From Gimesia sp. (GTDB lineage: Bacteria; Planctomycetota; Planctomycetia; Planctomycetales; Planctomycetaceae): a stretch of DNA of 64,000 bases. This document shows, one piece after another, positions 21,461-31,134 of the stretch; the stretch's first letter is position 1; the number at the start of each line of letters is the position of its first letter. The notes beneath the pieces were generated by a model. It searched no databases, was not told the origin of the DNA, and worked only from the letters and a program-made list of their open reading frames with translations. Position numbers and translations under genes: made by a program. The DNA is taken from positions 24,518 to 88,517 of the forward strand of contig NZ_JAVJSQ010000018.1 of NCBI RefSeq assembly GCF_040219335.1, written 5' to 3'.

Positions 21461-22151
21461 CTACTCTCCCGAGACATTAACATAATGCGGAGTTGACCAT
21501 GCCAGGTGACCGTGGGCTACCATCAAGTTTCCAGGCAGGACGGGGGCATCCTTTGATTGCTCGAATCGCCAGTAAAACCAGTATCTGCCGGGGGGTAATT
21601 GTTTCAGCTGATATGTGGTATGGAACTCTTCAGTTCCTCTGCCTTTGATTTTTTTGATCTCTTTACCATCAAGAACCAGTGTGGCGGAAACAACAGGGCG
21701 CGTGCCAACTGCCTGCAATGATAATTCAACGTTACCATCCTGCGATTTGAAGGCCTCACCCATCAAAGCACCATTGGCGCGGGCATCGACGAAGAACCGG
21801 GAGTCGTTGGTGGCAAAGCAACGCCGTTTTTTCAGCGCATCAAAAATCGCATCCGCTGTGAGTTCTTCCACGTAGATGCCTGTTAAGGCACCACTCAGTC
21901 CTGATGCGCAACAGGATTTGATCACGGCTGTCCTCGAATGCATTCCAGGTAACCCGCGTTGAACCATTCTGCATGGTCACAGCGGACGGATGCGAGTCGT
22001 ACATTTTACTGTCCTCATTGATAATTACATCCACAGGTGTGCGTGATCGATCATCCGAAGCCGGTTCTGCACTTTGCAGGTTGTGAGCAAAGCACAGAAA
22101 TATCACTGAAAAAATGACAACAGAGATACGAATACGTTTCTGTATCAGCAC
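21461..22151 (-). pseudogene. Disrupted secreted protein (signal-peptide N-terminus and metallohydrolase-like C-terminus in different frames)
   Basis: ORF 21840-22151 carries a signal peptide (VVIFSVIFLCFAHNLQSAEP). ORF 21461-21967 carries GALTGIYVEELTADAIFDALKKRRCFATND, typical of the region after a PHP/DUF3604-type catalytic domain that is not present. The two ORFs overlap out of frame. Confidence 0.4.
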
Positions 22152-22762
22152 GACGGGAACCTTTCCATTGGACTCAAGAGGGCATCAGAAAAATCACAGG
22201 GCATCATTTTCTATGGGACTCTTGTAATTTTAAATGGCTCATCTTGAGATCGCTATCAGATGAAAGCAGAAAACGACCACCTGGTTCTGTAAGCAGAGTC
22301 CTTTGTGAAATACCGACTTCGGAGTTGTCAAGCCTCCGTGGCTGGCAAGATTTCAGGTTTAACTCCCATCTGGACAGTAGTACGTTGTGCGACCCAGACT
22401 ATAGTAACAAGCGGATAGTTGTGTGTTTCACCCAAAGACATACCCGCTGGCAAACTGAATCCTGATGCGAACCATGTTCCTGCAAAAACCGAATACAGAA
22501 AAAATTTACCAGTTTGTGCCGGCACAGGCTGGATTAGATTACACCTACCCGGATGATGGAGCCACTCTGTCTTTCTGTCTTTATCGCCTTTTGGGAACAT
22601 TGTGGATCACGCTCGTCTTGAGTCAGTTTCTGGTGAATTGATCTTCAAGTCAGCACTACGATATTGCCAGCAGATGCGCCTGTTGTGGGGCGATGGCTGG
22701 TCGTCAGACACCCGGGATTGAAGACTGCAAATTGAACCAATTAAGATATCTTAGGACAGATT

Positions 22763-22963
22763 ATGGATACGTTTGAAAATGGCACGTTGGCTGAGGAACA
22801 ACCGGAAATGGTTATGGCCAGGTGCTGGGAGTGTGGTGAGAAAAGACTATGTTATGAGCATCTGGTGTGTTGCACAGGAACGCGATTCCACACTTGTCCT
22901 GAATGCCGGAAAGCAATCGAGAGCAGGAGCGATGATTTCAATTTTCCGGTAAACTCAACCTGA
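22763..22963 (+). CDS. Small Cys-rich (zinc-ribbon-like) hypothetical protein
   Basis: CWECGEKRLC...CPECRK gives two CxxC pairs in 66 aa. There is no other support. Confidence 0.3.
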   Translation: MDTFENGTLAEEQPEMVMARCWECGEKRLCYEHLVCCTGTRFHTCPECRKAIESRSDDFNFPVNST

Positions 22964-23070
22964 GAGTTGTCCTCTCTGGGGACAACTCATCCCTCGTTAG
23001 CTTCTTGGATCTTTTCTATATACCGTGGATTTTACTTTCCGGGTAGATTTAATTAAGTGGCAACAACTAT

Positions 23071-24234
23071 ATGCAGACTCACTTCAATTCCGAATATCCG
23101 TCAGTTGACCATCTGAGAGCTAAAGCCAAATCGCGGATGCCGGGTTTCGCCTATGATTATCTTACGGCTGGGTGTTTTACGGAAATCAACCTGGCGAGGA
23201 ACAATGACGACATACGCAAAGTACAGCTCAGACCCTGGTATCTCCGCGAATTCAATGAAGCCGATCAAAGCACTAAACTGTTTGGTGAAACTTATGCAGC
23301 ACCATTTGGGGTTGCGCCCGTAGGTTTACAGGGTTTGATGTGGCCCAAGGCGTGCGAGTATCTGGCACAGGCTGCTGTCGATCACAATATCCCATTTACA
23401 TTATCCACCGTCAGTACCGCCAGCATTGAAGAAATCGGAAAGATCACGAGTGGCAAGTTCTGGTTTCAGCTTTACCATCCGGCAGAGGATGATCTGCGTG
23501 ATAAGCTGCTGGAAAGAGCGTGGGATGCGGGTTGCCGTACACTGGTAATTCTGGCAGACACACCAACATTCGCTTATCGCCCAAAAGAGATCCGGAATGG
23601 CCTGTCAATTCCTCCGAGAATGACTCCGCGGAACATCGTCCAGATGTTTTTGAGCCCATCCTGGGCAGTGGGACAACTTCTGGCCGGCAAGCCTGAGTTT
23701 CAGACGATGAAACCTTACATTCCTAAAGGTCTAAACATGAAGCATCTGGGCCTTTTTATGAACAAGACTTTCTCAGGACGACTTACAGAAAACAAGATTG
23801 CAGCGATCCGAGAAAAGTGGCAGGGCAACCTGGTCGTTAAAGGAATCGTCACTCCGGAAGACGCAGAGATCGTAGTCAAGCATGGTTTAGATGGATTGAT
23901 TGTTTCTAATCATGGTGGTCGACAGCTTGATCGAGGAGAGTCTACTATCGTTCCTTTATATAAACTCACACCGGAGTTTGGCAGCAAGCTGAAAATGATG
24001 ATCGATGGTGGAATGTACTCGGGAGCTGATATCGCATCGTCCCTAGCCTGTGGAGCGGACTTTGCCTTCATGGGCCGCACTCCCATGTTTGGCGTGTGTG
24101 CTCTCGGCAGGTACGGTGGTCACCACACGTTTGAAATGCTCAAAAAGCAACTGAAACAGGTGATGGAGCAGGTCGGTTGTGCGAGAGTTGAAAGGATGCG
24201 AGATCATCTGATTCGAGAAAGCGTCCCCGTCTGA
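23071..24234 (+). CDS. FMN-dependent alpha-hydroxy-acid dehydrogenase (L-lactate/mandelate dehydrogenase family)
   Basis: LVVKGIVTPEDAEIVVKHGLDGLIVSNHGGRQLD and DGGMYSGADI are family motifs. Confidence 0.85.
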   Translation: MQTHFNSEYPSVDHLRAKAKSRMPGFAYDYLTAGCFTEINLARNNDDIRKVQLRPWYLREFNEADQSTKLFGETYAAPFGVAPVGLQGLMWPKACEYLAQAAVDHNIPFTLSTVSTASIEEIGKITSGKFWFQLYHPAEDDLRDKLLERAWDAGCRTLVILADTPTFAYRPKEIRNGLSIPPRMTPRNIVQMFLSPSWAVGQLLAGKPEFQTMKPYIPKGLNMKHLGLFMNKTFSGRLTENKIAAIREKWQGNLVVKGIVTPEDAEIVVKHGLDGLIVSNHGGRQLDRGESTIVPLYKLTPEFGSKLKMMIDGGMYSGADIASSLACGADFAFMGRTPMFGVCALGRYGGHHTFEMLKKQLKQVMEQVGCARVERMRDHLIRESVPV

Positions 24235-24325
24235 AGACACATTCGGCAACTGCTAACATTGTGTATTAACGATGCGTAATTTAGTACACCTTATCTCATT
24301 GAATTTCCAGCCAGTACAATATTTT

Positions 24326-25402
24326 ATGCAATCTAATTCAAAAACAGGTGGGCCTAAGGACACACGTGTGGTGATCGTGGGAGCCGGTCCGATCGGGTTG
24401 GAACTGGCAGTCGCTTTAACTCGAAATCAGATTCCATACCAGATCCTCGATGCCGGTGCGATTGGTCAGACGATTTCCTGGTGGGCGCCTCAGACGCGAT
24501 GGTTCAGCAGCAACGATCGCATTTCCATAGCGGGTGTTCCCTTGCTGACACATGATCAGAACAAAGCCAATCGGGAACAGTATCTCACTTATCTTCGTAG
24601 TGTTGCAGAACAGTACCAGATTCACGTGCAATGCTATCAATGTGTCGTTGATATACAGCAGCGGGACTCAGGTTTTACCGTCATAACCGAGTCCACACAG
24701 GGACAAACCGGGATCGATTGTGAGACTGTTGTTTTGGCGGTGGGAGGGCTGGACCATGCACGCCGACTTGGTATCGAAGGCGAGGACTTACCGCACGTCG
24801 ACGGTTACCTGCGTGAGCCACACCGCTATTATGGTCGCCGGGTGCTGATTGTCGGAGGACGGAACAGCGCTGTCGAGGCGGCTTTACGATTATACCACGT
24901 CGGTGCCCATGTAAGTATCAGCTATCGAGGGAGAAATTTGCCCGAGGAGCACATCAAATACTGGCTCTATCCGGAAATCTCAGGACTCATTCGTTCAGGG
25001 AAGATTCAGGCATACTTTGAGACCCAGCCAGTTCGGATTACTTCAACCTATGTTGAACTTGAGGACGTGCAGCAGCAGGGTGAACCACAGCGGCATTATG
25101 CTGACGATGTACTGACACTGATCGGTTATGAACAGGAGAAATCATTGTTTCACCGGGCAGGCATCGAACTGGTGGGTGATAATCAGCAGCCACAGGTAAA
25201 TGAAGAGTCGATGGAAACCAACGTCCCGGGGATTTACATAGCGGGAACGGCTCTGGCAGGTACCCAGTCCAGTCAATACAGACTGTTTCTCGAAAACTGT
25301 CATCAGCATGTGGATCGTATTATGACCCGGCTGACGGGAAAGTCCGTGGAATCAGAAGATGGTGAATGGCAGAGGATGATTCAGGAGGCACCGGAGAGTT
25401 GA
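24326..25402 (+). CDS. YpdA-like NAD(P)/FAD-dependent oxidoreductase
   Basis: VVIVGAGPIGLELAVAL, a second dinucleotide fold VLIVGGRNSAVEAAL, and C-terminal PGIYIAGT. ATG at 24326 chosen. Confidence 0.7.
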   Translation: MQSNSKTGGPKDTRVVIVGAGPIGLELAVALTRNQIPYQILDAGAIGQTISWWAPQTRWFSSNDRISIAGVPLLTHDQNKANREQYLTYLRSVAEQYQIHVQCYQCVVDIQQRDSGFTVITESTQGQTGIDCETVVLAVGGLDHARRLGIEGEDLPHVDGYLREPHRYYGRRVLIVGGRNSAVEAALRLYHVGAHVSISYRGRNLPEEHIKYWLYPEISGLIRSGKIQAYFETQPVRITSTYVELEDVQQQGEPQRHYADDVLTLIGYEQEKSLFHRAGIELVGDNQQPQVNEESMETNVPGIYIAGTALAGTQSSQYRLFLENCHQHVDRIMTRLTGKSVESEDGEWQRMIQEAPES

Positions 25403-25582
25403 ATTCCAGATCAATCGTGCATCAACCACGATCTGGACGGCTTTTACCAAAAGGAAGTATGTAGCGTCCTTTACTTGCCTCCGGGCCATCAATGATCAAT
25501 CGACTCAGCAGTCGAATCCTCAATGCATGGTATAACTGGGGGAAAGCACAATCGCTACCTTTCGCAATATCCAGGAAGCTTA

Positions 25583-26587
25583 ATGATGAAAGTGGCAACT
25601 CGCAAACAAAATGTTGCAGTAATTGGTGCCGGGATTGGTGGACTGTGCTGCGCTCGCCAGCTTAGTGCTGCCGGATTCAGCGTCCGAATCTTTGATAAAA
25701 GTCGTGGAGTTGGTGGTCGGGTTTCCGTGCGACGTCACCAGACGGATATCGCGTTCGATCATGGGGCCCAATACTTCACTGTCGAGGATACGGAAATGGC
25801 TCAGCAAGTCGAAAGCTGGCTCACGGCCGGAGTTGTCGCTCCCTGGCAGTGTCGCATGGGGTCGCTCGATACGGGAGTCTGGAAGCCAACGAATTCAGAG
25901 ACGAGGCACTTTGTCGGTGTACCAGCTATGACGGCGATTGCGAAGCATCTGGCTCGTGACCTGAACCTGACTCTGCAAACTCGAGTGACGACAGTCGCCC
26001 GAAGCGAACATGGCTGGCAATTACTCGGTGAGGAAGACCGGGATCTCGGCATTTTTGATGTATTGATTCTCAACGCCCCAGCTCCCCAGTCGGCCAGCCT
26101 GCTGAAGGATTTTCCGGAATTCGCACAGCAGATTGACGCCGCTAAGTTCGCGCCCTGCTGGTCGGTCATGTTAGCTTTCGACCAGCGGTTGGATGTCCCC
26201 TGGGATGCTGCGACTGTTCATGATTCGTCACTTTCCTGGATCGCTCGCAACAGCAGTAAGCCAGGACGCCTGACAAAGCCGGATTGCTGGTTGCTGCACG
26301 GAAATCCTGAATGGTCGTACACACACTTGGAAGACGTAAAAGAAATTGTGATGGCCCAACTGATTTCCTGCTTTTGGGAAGCCATCGGCTTAGTGCCACG
26401 GCCCCATAGACTCGCTGATGTCCATCGTTGGCGATTTGCGTTGCCCAGCGAACCACTGGATCAAAAGTTCCTGTTTGACGAAGACTTAGGAGTGGGGGTT
26501 TGTGGAGACTGGTGCGTCGGACCACGCATTGAAAGTGCATATCTTAGTGGGCTCGCGCTGGCCGAAGAAGTCAGAATGCGTCACTGA
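25583..26587 (+). CDS. NAD/FAD-dependent oxidoreductase (renalase/COG3380-like)
   Basis: VAVIGAGIGGLCCARQLSAAGFSVRIFDKSRGVGGR, FDHGAQYFT, and C-terminal GVCGDW. Confidence 0.75.
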   Translation: MMKVATRKQNVAVIGAGIGGLCCARQLSAAGFSVRIFDKSRGVGGRVSVRRHQTDIAFDHGAQYFTVEDTEMAQQVESWLTAGVVAPWQCRMGSLDTGVWKPTNSETRHFVGVPAMTAIAKHLARDLNLTLQTRVTTVARSEHGWQLLGEEDRDLGIFDVLILNAPAPQSASLLKDFPEFAQQIDAAKFAPCWSVMLAFDQRLDVPWDAATVHDSSLSWIARNSSKPGRLTKPDCWLLHGNPEWSYTHLEDVKEIVMAQLISCFWEAIGLVPRPHRLADVHRWRFALPSEPLDQKFLFDEDLGVGVCGDWCVGPRIESAYLSGLALAEEVRMRH

Positions 26588-26861
26588 CTAAAAACATTTG
26601 ATCGTCTAGAAAAGTTTATGGTTGAGTGACTACTCTTTATTTCAACGCGACAACACTCGTTCCGTGTGTGGCTCCAAAGTTACGATTCGAAAGCGGGCTG
26701 ATTCTGAGAGCAGTGATGTCGATACTGCATAATCCATTTGAGTTCTCACCATTTATCTTATGACAGCTTACCACTAATCCAGGCGGAAATCAGGACTACT
26801 TTATTTAGGTAACCAGCCAAGATTCAGTTGAAGGGACATCAGGCAGCCTCCCTTGCAGGGA

Positions 26862-26975
26862 ATGGTATTGTTCAAGAATCGCAGAGGCATCTGACTTTTC
26901 CGAAGTCAACCGGTAACTCTGGTTCAGAGAACTGGATGAGATACTGAAAGGAATACTGTAACCCAGATTCTGTAT
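26862..26975 (-). pseudogene. Fragment of a response-regulator gene, paralogous to 28206-28319
   Basis: IQNLGYSIPFSISSSSLNQSYRLTSEKSDASAILEQYH versus IQNLGYRIPFILASGSLNHSSRLTAEKSGAFAILEKPY. The DNA similarity is visible (..ttcaagaatcgca(g/a)aggca..). Confidence 0.7.
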
Positions 26976-27315
26976 CCTCTCAGCTGAATGACTTCGTTTC
27001 CGGTAAAGCAGATTGCTTCCAACCGCCATACTGAAATATTCGCTGATAATCCATGGTTCAAAGGTATGTGCAATTACGCGATTTTTTAGGGGGACCTTTT
27101 ATTGTCGGCACTGTCGGCGGCAATCTTACACCATTTGGATCGTTTTAAGAGGCTTTAAACGTATCTGAGAGAAGTGTGACGGGCTTTTCCCGAGATGACA
27201 TATTCAAGCATTCATGCTAGGAGTGGACTGAGAGAATGCAACCCGAACTCACTATTAATGGTCACTGGAATTCCAGGAAAGGTGGTCGGATCAATTAAAA
27301 CATATGGATCTGTAA

Positions 27316-27810
27316 TCACTGCAGAGATAACAGGATTATAAGCATCAACGATGTCACGATAGCGGAAACTGTCCGGATCGCATTCCAATACTTCCATCGT
27401 TTTTCAAATTCATCGCGGGCAATTCTGAATTCATTTGCCTCCATCTCCTCTACACTGAGTGATTGCAGTTTATTGTTCAATGGAATATTTTTTGTCAGAG
27501 TTGGTAACTGCACAGCCAGAAGATACAGTGACGTGGCAATGACCAAGATTACCTGCTGAAACCGGGGTAAATCTGAAATGCCTAAAACCGTAAATATAAT
27601 CAGGGTGATCATCGAACCAATCCAGACCAGCATGAAAAGTGGTTGATTGTTCTGAATCACGCGATCCATGACTCGGAAGGCACATATGAAATCCTGGTCG
27701 CTCAGACTGCTGATGCCCGGCATAACGACAACGGCAAATGCGAAGAGAAAACCAGCGACTAAAGAGCACAGCAAAGTAGCTGCGACCAAAGCCATTTCTA
27801 AGAAATCCAT
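27316..27810 (-). CDS. DUF1772 (anthrone-oxygenase-like) membrane protein
   Basis: Four hydrophobic helices. LVAGFLFAFAVVVMPG...F...M...I.N..F resembles the DUF1772 N-terminus. Confidence 0.6.
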   Translation of the reverse strand: MDFLEMALVAATLLCSLVAGFLFAFAVVVMPGISSLSDQDFICAFRVMDRVIQNNQPLFMLVWIGSMITLIIFTVLGISDLPRFQQVILVIATSLYLLAVQLPTLTKNIPLNNKLQSLSVEEMEANEFRIARDEFEKRWKYWNAIRTVSAIVTSLMLIILLSLQ

Positions 27811-28136
27811 AGATTGCGATTCTGGTAAATTGATTTTGTGACAAAAAAATTGTTACCGACTCATGTAGACTTCATCCATGTAGTGATTTGCCAGTGTTTG
27901 GGTATCGGTCTCTGTGGTCTCCAGGTTTGGCTTGGTTTCAATCTCTTAAAGTGCGTGTAGAGGCAACAAGACATGGCAAGTCTGCATATTTGAAATTGAA
28001 CTGCATCTGCGCGTGTTTTTAAAGGCGAATCGTATGCTGATAATCTGATCGCAGCTTGAGAAGACAGCCTCTAAATATTCGATTCAGGTTAAGTCTGATT
28101 CACAAATTGTGAATGCATAAAACCCGCAAGCGATAA

Positions 28137-28535
28137 TCAATTCGGGAATCGGCCATCATTATGTTTCAGTGCGGCATAGATCGTTTCACATAAAATATCT
28201 GAAGGGTAAGGTTTTTCAAGAATCGCAAAGGCACCGGACTTTTCCGCAGTTAACCGGGAACTGTGGTTCAGAGAGCCAGATGCGAGAATGAATGGGATCC
28301 TGTATCCCAGATTCTGTATCTTCCGCAGCAGGTCAATGCCATTCCAGTTCCCTTCCAGCGCATAATCAGAGACCACACAGCCTGATATTGTGGGATCAGT
28401 TTCTGTGAGAAAGTCCTCCACTGAGTGAAATAACTCAGTTGGCAGGCCCCGAGTCTGGAGCAGAATGACAGTAGACTGAGCTACATCTTTGTCGTCATCG
28501 ATGATGTAAACTTTGTTTTTTCTTGAAAAATTCAT
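28137..28535 (-). CDS. Single-domain response regulator
   Basis: VYIIDDDKDVAQS, VVSDYAL.G.NG, PFILASGS, ILEKPY. Confidence 0.8.
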   Translation of the reverse strand: MNFSRKNKVYIIDDDKDVAQSTVILLQTRGLPTELFHSVEDFLTETDPTISGCVVSDYALEGNWNGIDLLRKIQNLGYRIPFILASGSLNHSSRLTAEKSGAFAILEKPYPSDILCETIYAALKHNDGRFPN

Positions 28536-28703
28536 CGGTCAGCGATCAGCAATAAATTCCAGCTGGCGAGACTTTCTTTTCACAGGCTGAAAGTAGTGCA
28601 CAAAACATGTCATACCGCGGAACGCTGGGGGGCATGAACTGACTGGGTGAATCTCGAGATAGAATCATTTTTTTAACAGCAGAGTAGGATGATATAGATC
28701 GTT

Positions 28704-29309
28704 TCAAGTTGGTTTTGTCTGGTACAGCTCAATCATTCCTTCAAATGTTTTGACTGCGGCATACATAATGCCTTCAAACTGCTGGGGCAGATCATCAATC
28801 TGATTGATGCTCTCCTTGAAGCGGTACCAGTCTTTGTACCATGGCTCTGGGGTGCAGAGAAAAAAAACGGCCCCTGTTGTGTCCTGAAGCGATAAAGCAT
28901 TCATCAGAGGCTCGGTTAAATACACTGAGCCCAGCCTCGATCCTTCCAGGACATACAATACACCAATCAGCGAGTATTTATTTTCCTGATACATGGCTGA
29001 TGTTTGCTGGAGTAGCTTTTGGGTTGTGGGATCAATGGCAGGCATGTCGCCATTCACAAGCAGGTTCAAATCAGCCTGAATGGTTTGCAGTCGAGAATAT
29101 TTATTTAGGTCGAAGAGTCCAGCCAGGGTACTGTCTGCTTGCCAGGTCGGCTCCAGGAAACGATGCAAATAGTATAGCTGTGCTAGAATCCAGGAATATT
29201 CTGGCTTCGAAATGATTCCATGCATCATACGAAATGCGAGATAAGTAGATTCGATCTGCTGGTGCAATTCATGAACCGCTTCCCGGATCTCCGTTGCGAA
29301 ATCTTGCAT
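28704..29309 (-). CDS. Heme-oxygenase-like protein
   Basis: N-terminal IREAVHELHQQIEST matches the proximal-His helix pattern (LR..T...H...E) of biliverdin-forming heme oxygenases. About 200 aa, all-helical composition. Confidence 0.55.
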   Translation of the reverse strand: MQDFATEIREAVHELHQQIESTYLAFRMMHGIISKPEYSWILAQLYYLHRFLEPTWQADSTLAGLFDLNKYSRLQTIQADLNLLVNGDMPAIDPTTQKLLQQTSAMYQENKYSLIGVLYVLEGSRLGSVYLTEPLMNALSLQDTTGAVFFLCTPEPWYKDWYRFKESINQIDDLPQQFEGIMYAAVKTFEGMIELYQTKPT

Positions 29310-29714
29310 TGAAAAGAGCTTTTAAAAGAGTTTAGATGGTTTGGGTGAAATAAAGGAAAACACGAGAAACCATTAACGGACATGCTGGAAGAGTTTTACT
29401 TTTAACATCTCCAGCGTGGACTCCATTCCTGTCAGCCCCACTCTTATTGATATTTGTAGGCAGATAACTATTCTTTACTAATGAAAGTCAATTGTTTTTA
29501 CAGATTTCTTATAAAAACAAGCCGATGTGTTTGTGGACTATCTGAAGCTGTGTTAGCTGTCGGTGTGCCTGTGCAGTGTAATTTAACGTACGAGATGTGC
29601 CTCTGTCTGATCTAGACTTTGGGCGAAGTGATAGCGTCGGCTAATCAAAAATGAGTGTGTTCGGAGTCATAGTTGGCGGCAAGGTAAACAATAGAGCACT
29701 GAGTCGTCTGACTG

Positions 29715-30011
29715 GTGTCATTCGTGGGGGCAGGTCAGCGCTGGTTTTCAGCAAAGCCCAGCATATACGAATACTTTCCTTTCGGCGCTGGGCCGCGTAG
29801 TTGTCCCAGTAATACCCTGGGGATGACAATCATCAAGGTCAGCCGGGCCACATACTTGCTGCCTGGGAGGAGATGTCCAATTTCGCTGTTGGTTTGCCTG
29901 CAACAGCGTTGTTTCCTGAAGATGAAATTCTGATTGTCTTTTATGCCGGTCCATCGGAAAATGAAACCAGCATTCACTGGCAATGCCTTCGCGCTTGAAC
30001 GTCAGAAGTGA
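29715..30011 (+). pseudogene. Cytochrome P450 C-terminal remnant
   Basis: QRWF....YEYFPFGAGPRSCPSNTLGM contains the P..RW and FxxGxRxCxG heme-thiolate signatures. About 350 N-terminal codons are missing, and there is an in-frame TGA at 29931. Confidence 0.65.
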
Positions 30012-30592
30012 CGTGATAAGAAATAGGACGAACGCAAAAGGGACTTATCGTGCGCCAGTCTATTTGTAACTAATGCATGAGTCGATGCTTTGCGAATCAA
30101 CCGCACAAAATGAAGTTTTACTGAGGTGATCCAATCAATAAAGCCGGTGTGGTTTCGCGGCCCCAGCTGACGGTCATTAAACCTTTGAAGTGTGAGGGAG
30201 AGCTCACGAATTTGCAAAGGTCATGGATCAGGGGCATCTCCTGATGAGCAGATATTTCATGTCAGACGCTGATCCCGCTGCCTGGTGGACTCTCCCCGGT
30301 TGTATTCACCCAGCAGTAGTGGTTTGGGGAGTATGATGAGTAAGAAATCAGAGCGTTTCATGGTTTATTCCTTCGTCTCACCAACAAAACTCGATCCATC
30401 CAAGCCCCGTTCAGGACAACCACAGGCACATACCATCATGATCTTACTTACCTGATTGCTCGCTGGCCGGGATTACCGCAGCACATACGTCATACAAGTA
30501 TCACGCTGGTGAAATCGGTCGAACGACAGTCTGATTGAGCCGTGTACAATACGGAGCTTTCACCGACTGCATGGGAAAACACTGAAATCTGA

Positions 30593-31042
30593 TTACTGAA
30601 TTTCCTTAAGATCGAAAGAGAATTCATTGGTCCCTGATTGTACATCGACAGTCAGTGGGCTGGTCTGAATCTTGCGAACCTTATTGGGGATATTAGGGTA
30701 TTCTTTTGGTTGTGCCGCTGGTTGATCCATACCGGGGGCGATTGGTTCTTCTGGAGGGGGATTGACAGTCACCGTATAATTTCCAACGGCGACCATTTCG
30801 ATCGTGGCAGTTCCTGATTCATCCAGTGGGCCTCCTCCACCTTCTCCTGTCTCTTCATTGACCAGGTCGACCTGTCCTTCTGGGACAGGATCACCGCCGT
30901 TGGTAATTGTGATTGAGATTTCACCACGGGGCTTGTCTGAACCTGGAGTTCGACTGCAGGCAGTATTCAGTGTGACAAGCAGGAGGCATAAGGCTAGCAA
31001 AGCGAAGAAACGGAAATTTTGTAAAGCAGCATTTTTTTTCAT
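30593..31042 (-). CDS. Small lipoprotein (carboxypeptidase-regulatory/Ig-like beta sandwich)
   Basis: Signal peptide with lipobox LNTAC. GNYTVTVNPP-type beta-rich body. Sits downstream of the DUF1559 gene, as is common in Planctomycetes. Confidence 0.65.
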   Translation of the reverse strand: MKKNAALQNFRFFALLALCLLLVTLNTACSRTPGSDKPRGEISITITNGGDPVPEGQVDLVNEETGEGGGGPLDESGTATIEMVAVGNYTVTVNPPPEEPIAPGMDQPAAQPKEYPNIPNKVRKIQTSPLTVDVQSGTNEFSFDLKEIQ

Positions 31043-31134
31043 CGCGATTCCAAGAACATAAATGGGAGATCTTAAGGGGGATCACCCTCCCCGGACCGAA
31101 GCCCCAGGGGAGGTGATTCACTAACACCTATGGT

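Noticed and set aside
30395-30547. Frame encoding ...TYHHDLTYLIARWPGLPQHIRHTSITLVKSVERQSD*, reminiscent of C-terminal W-P-x-L-P-x-x-I-R tails of small mobile-element-associated proteins.
   Set aside because: It has only about 50 codons with no start codon. My recollection of the motif family is vague, so it is insufficient for a call. It may be another gene relic.
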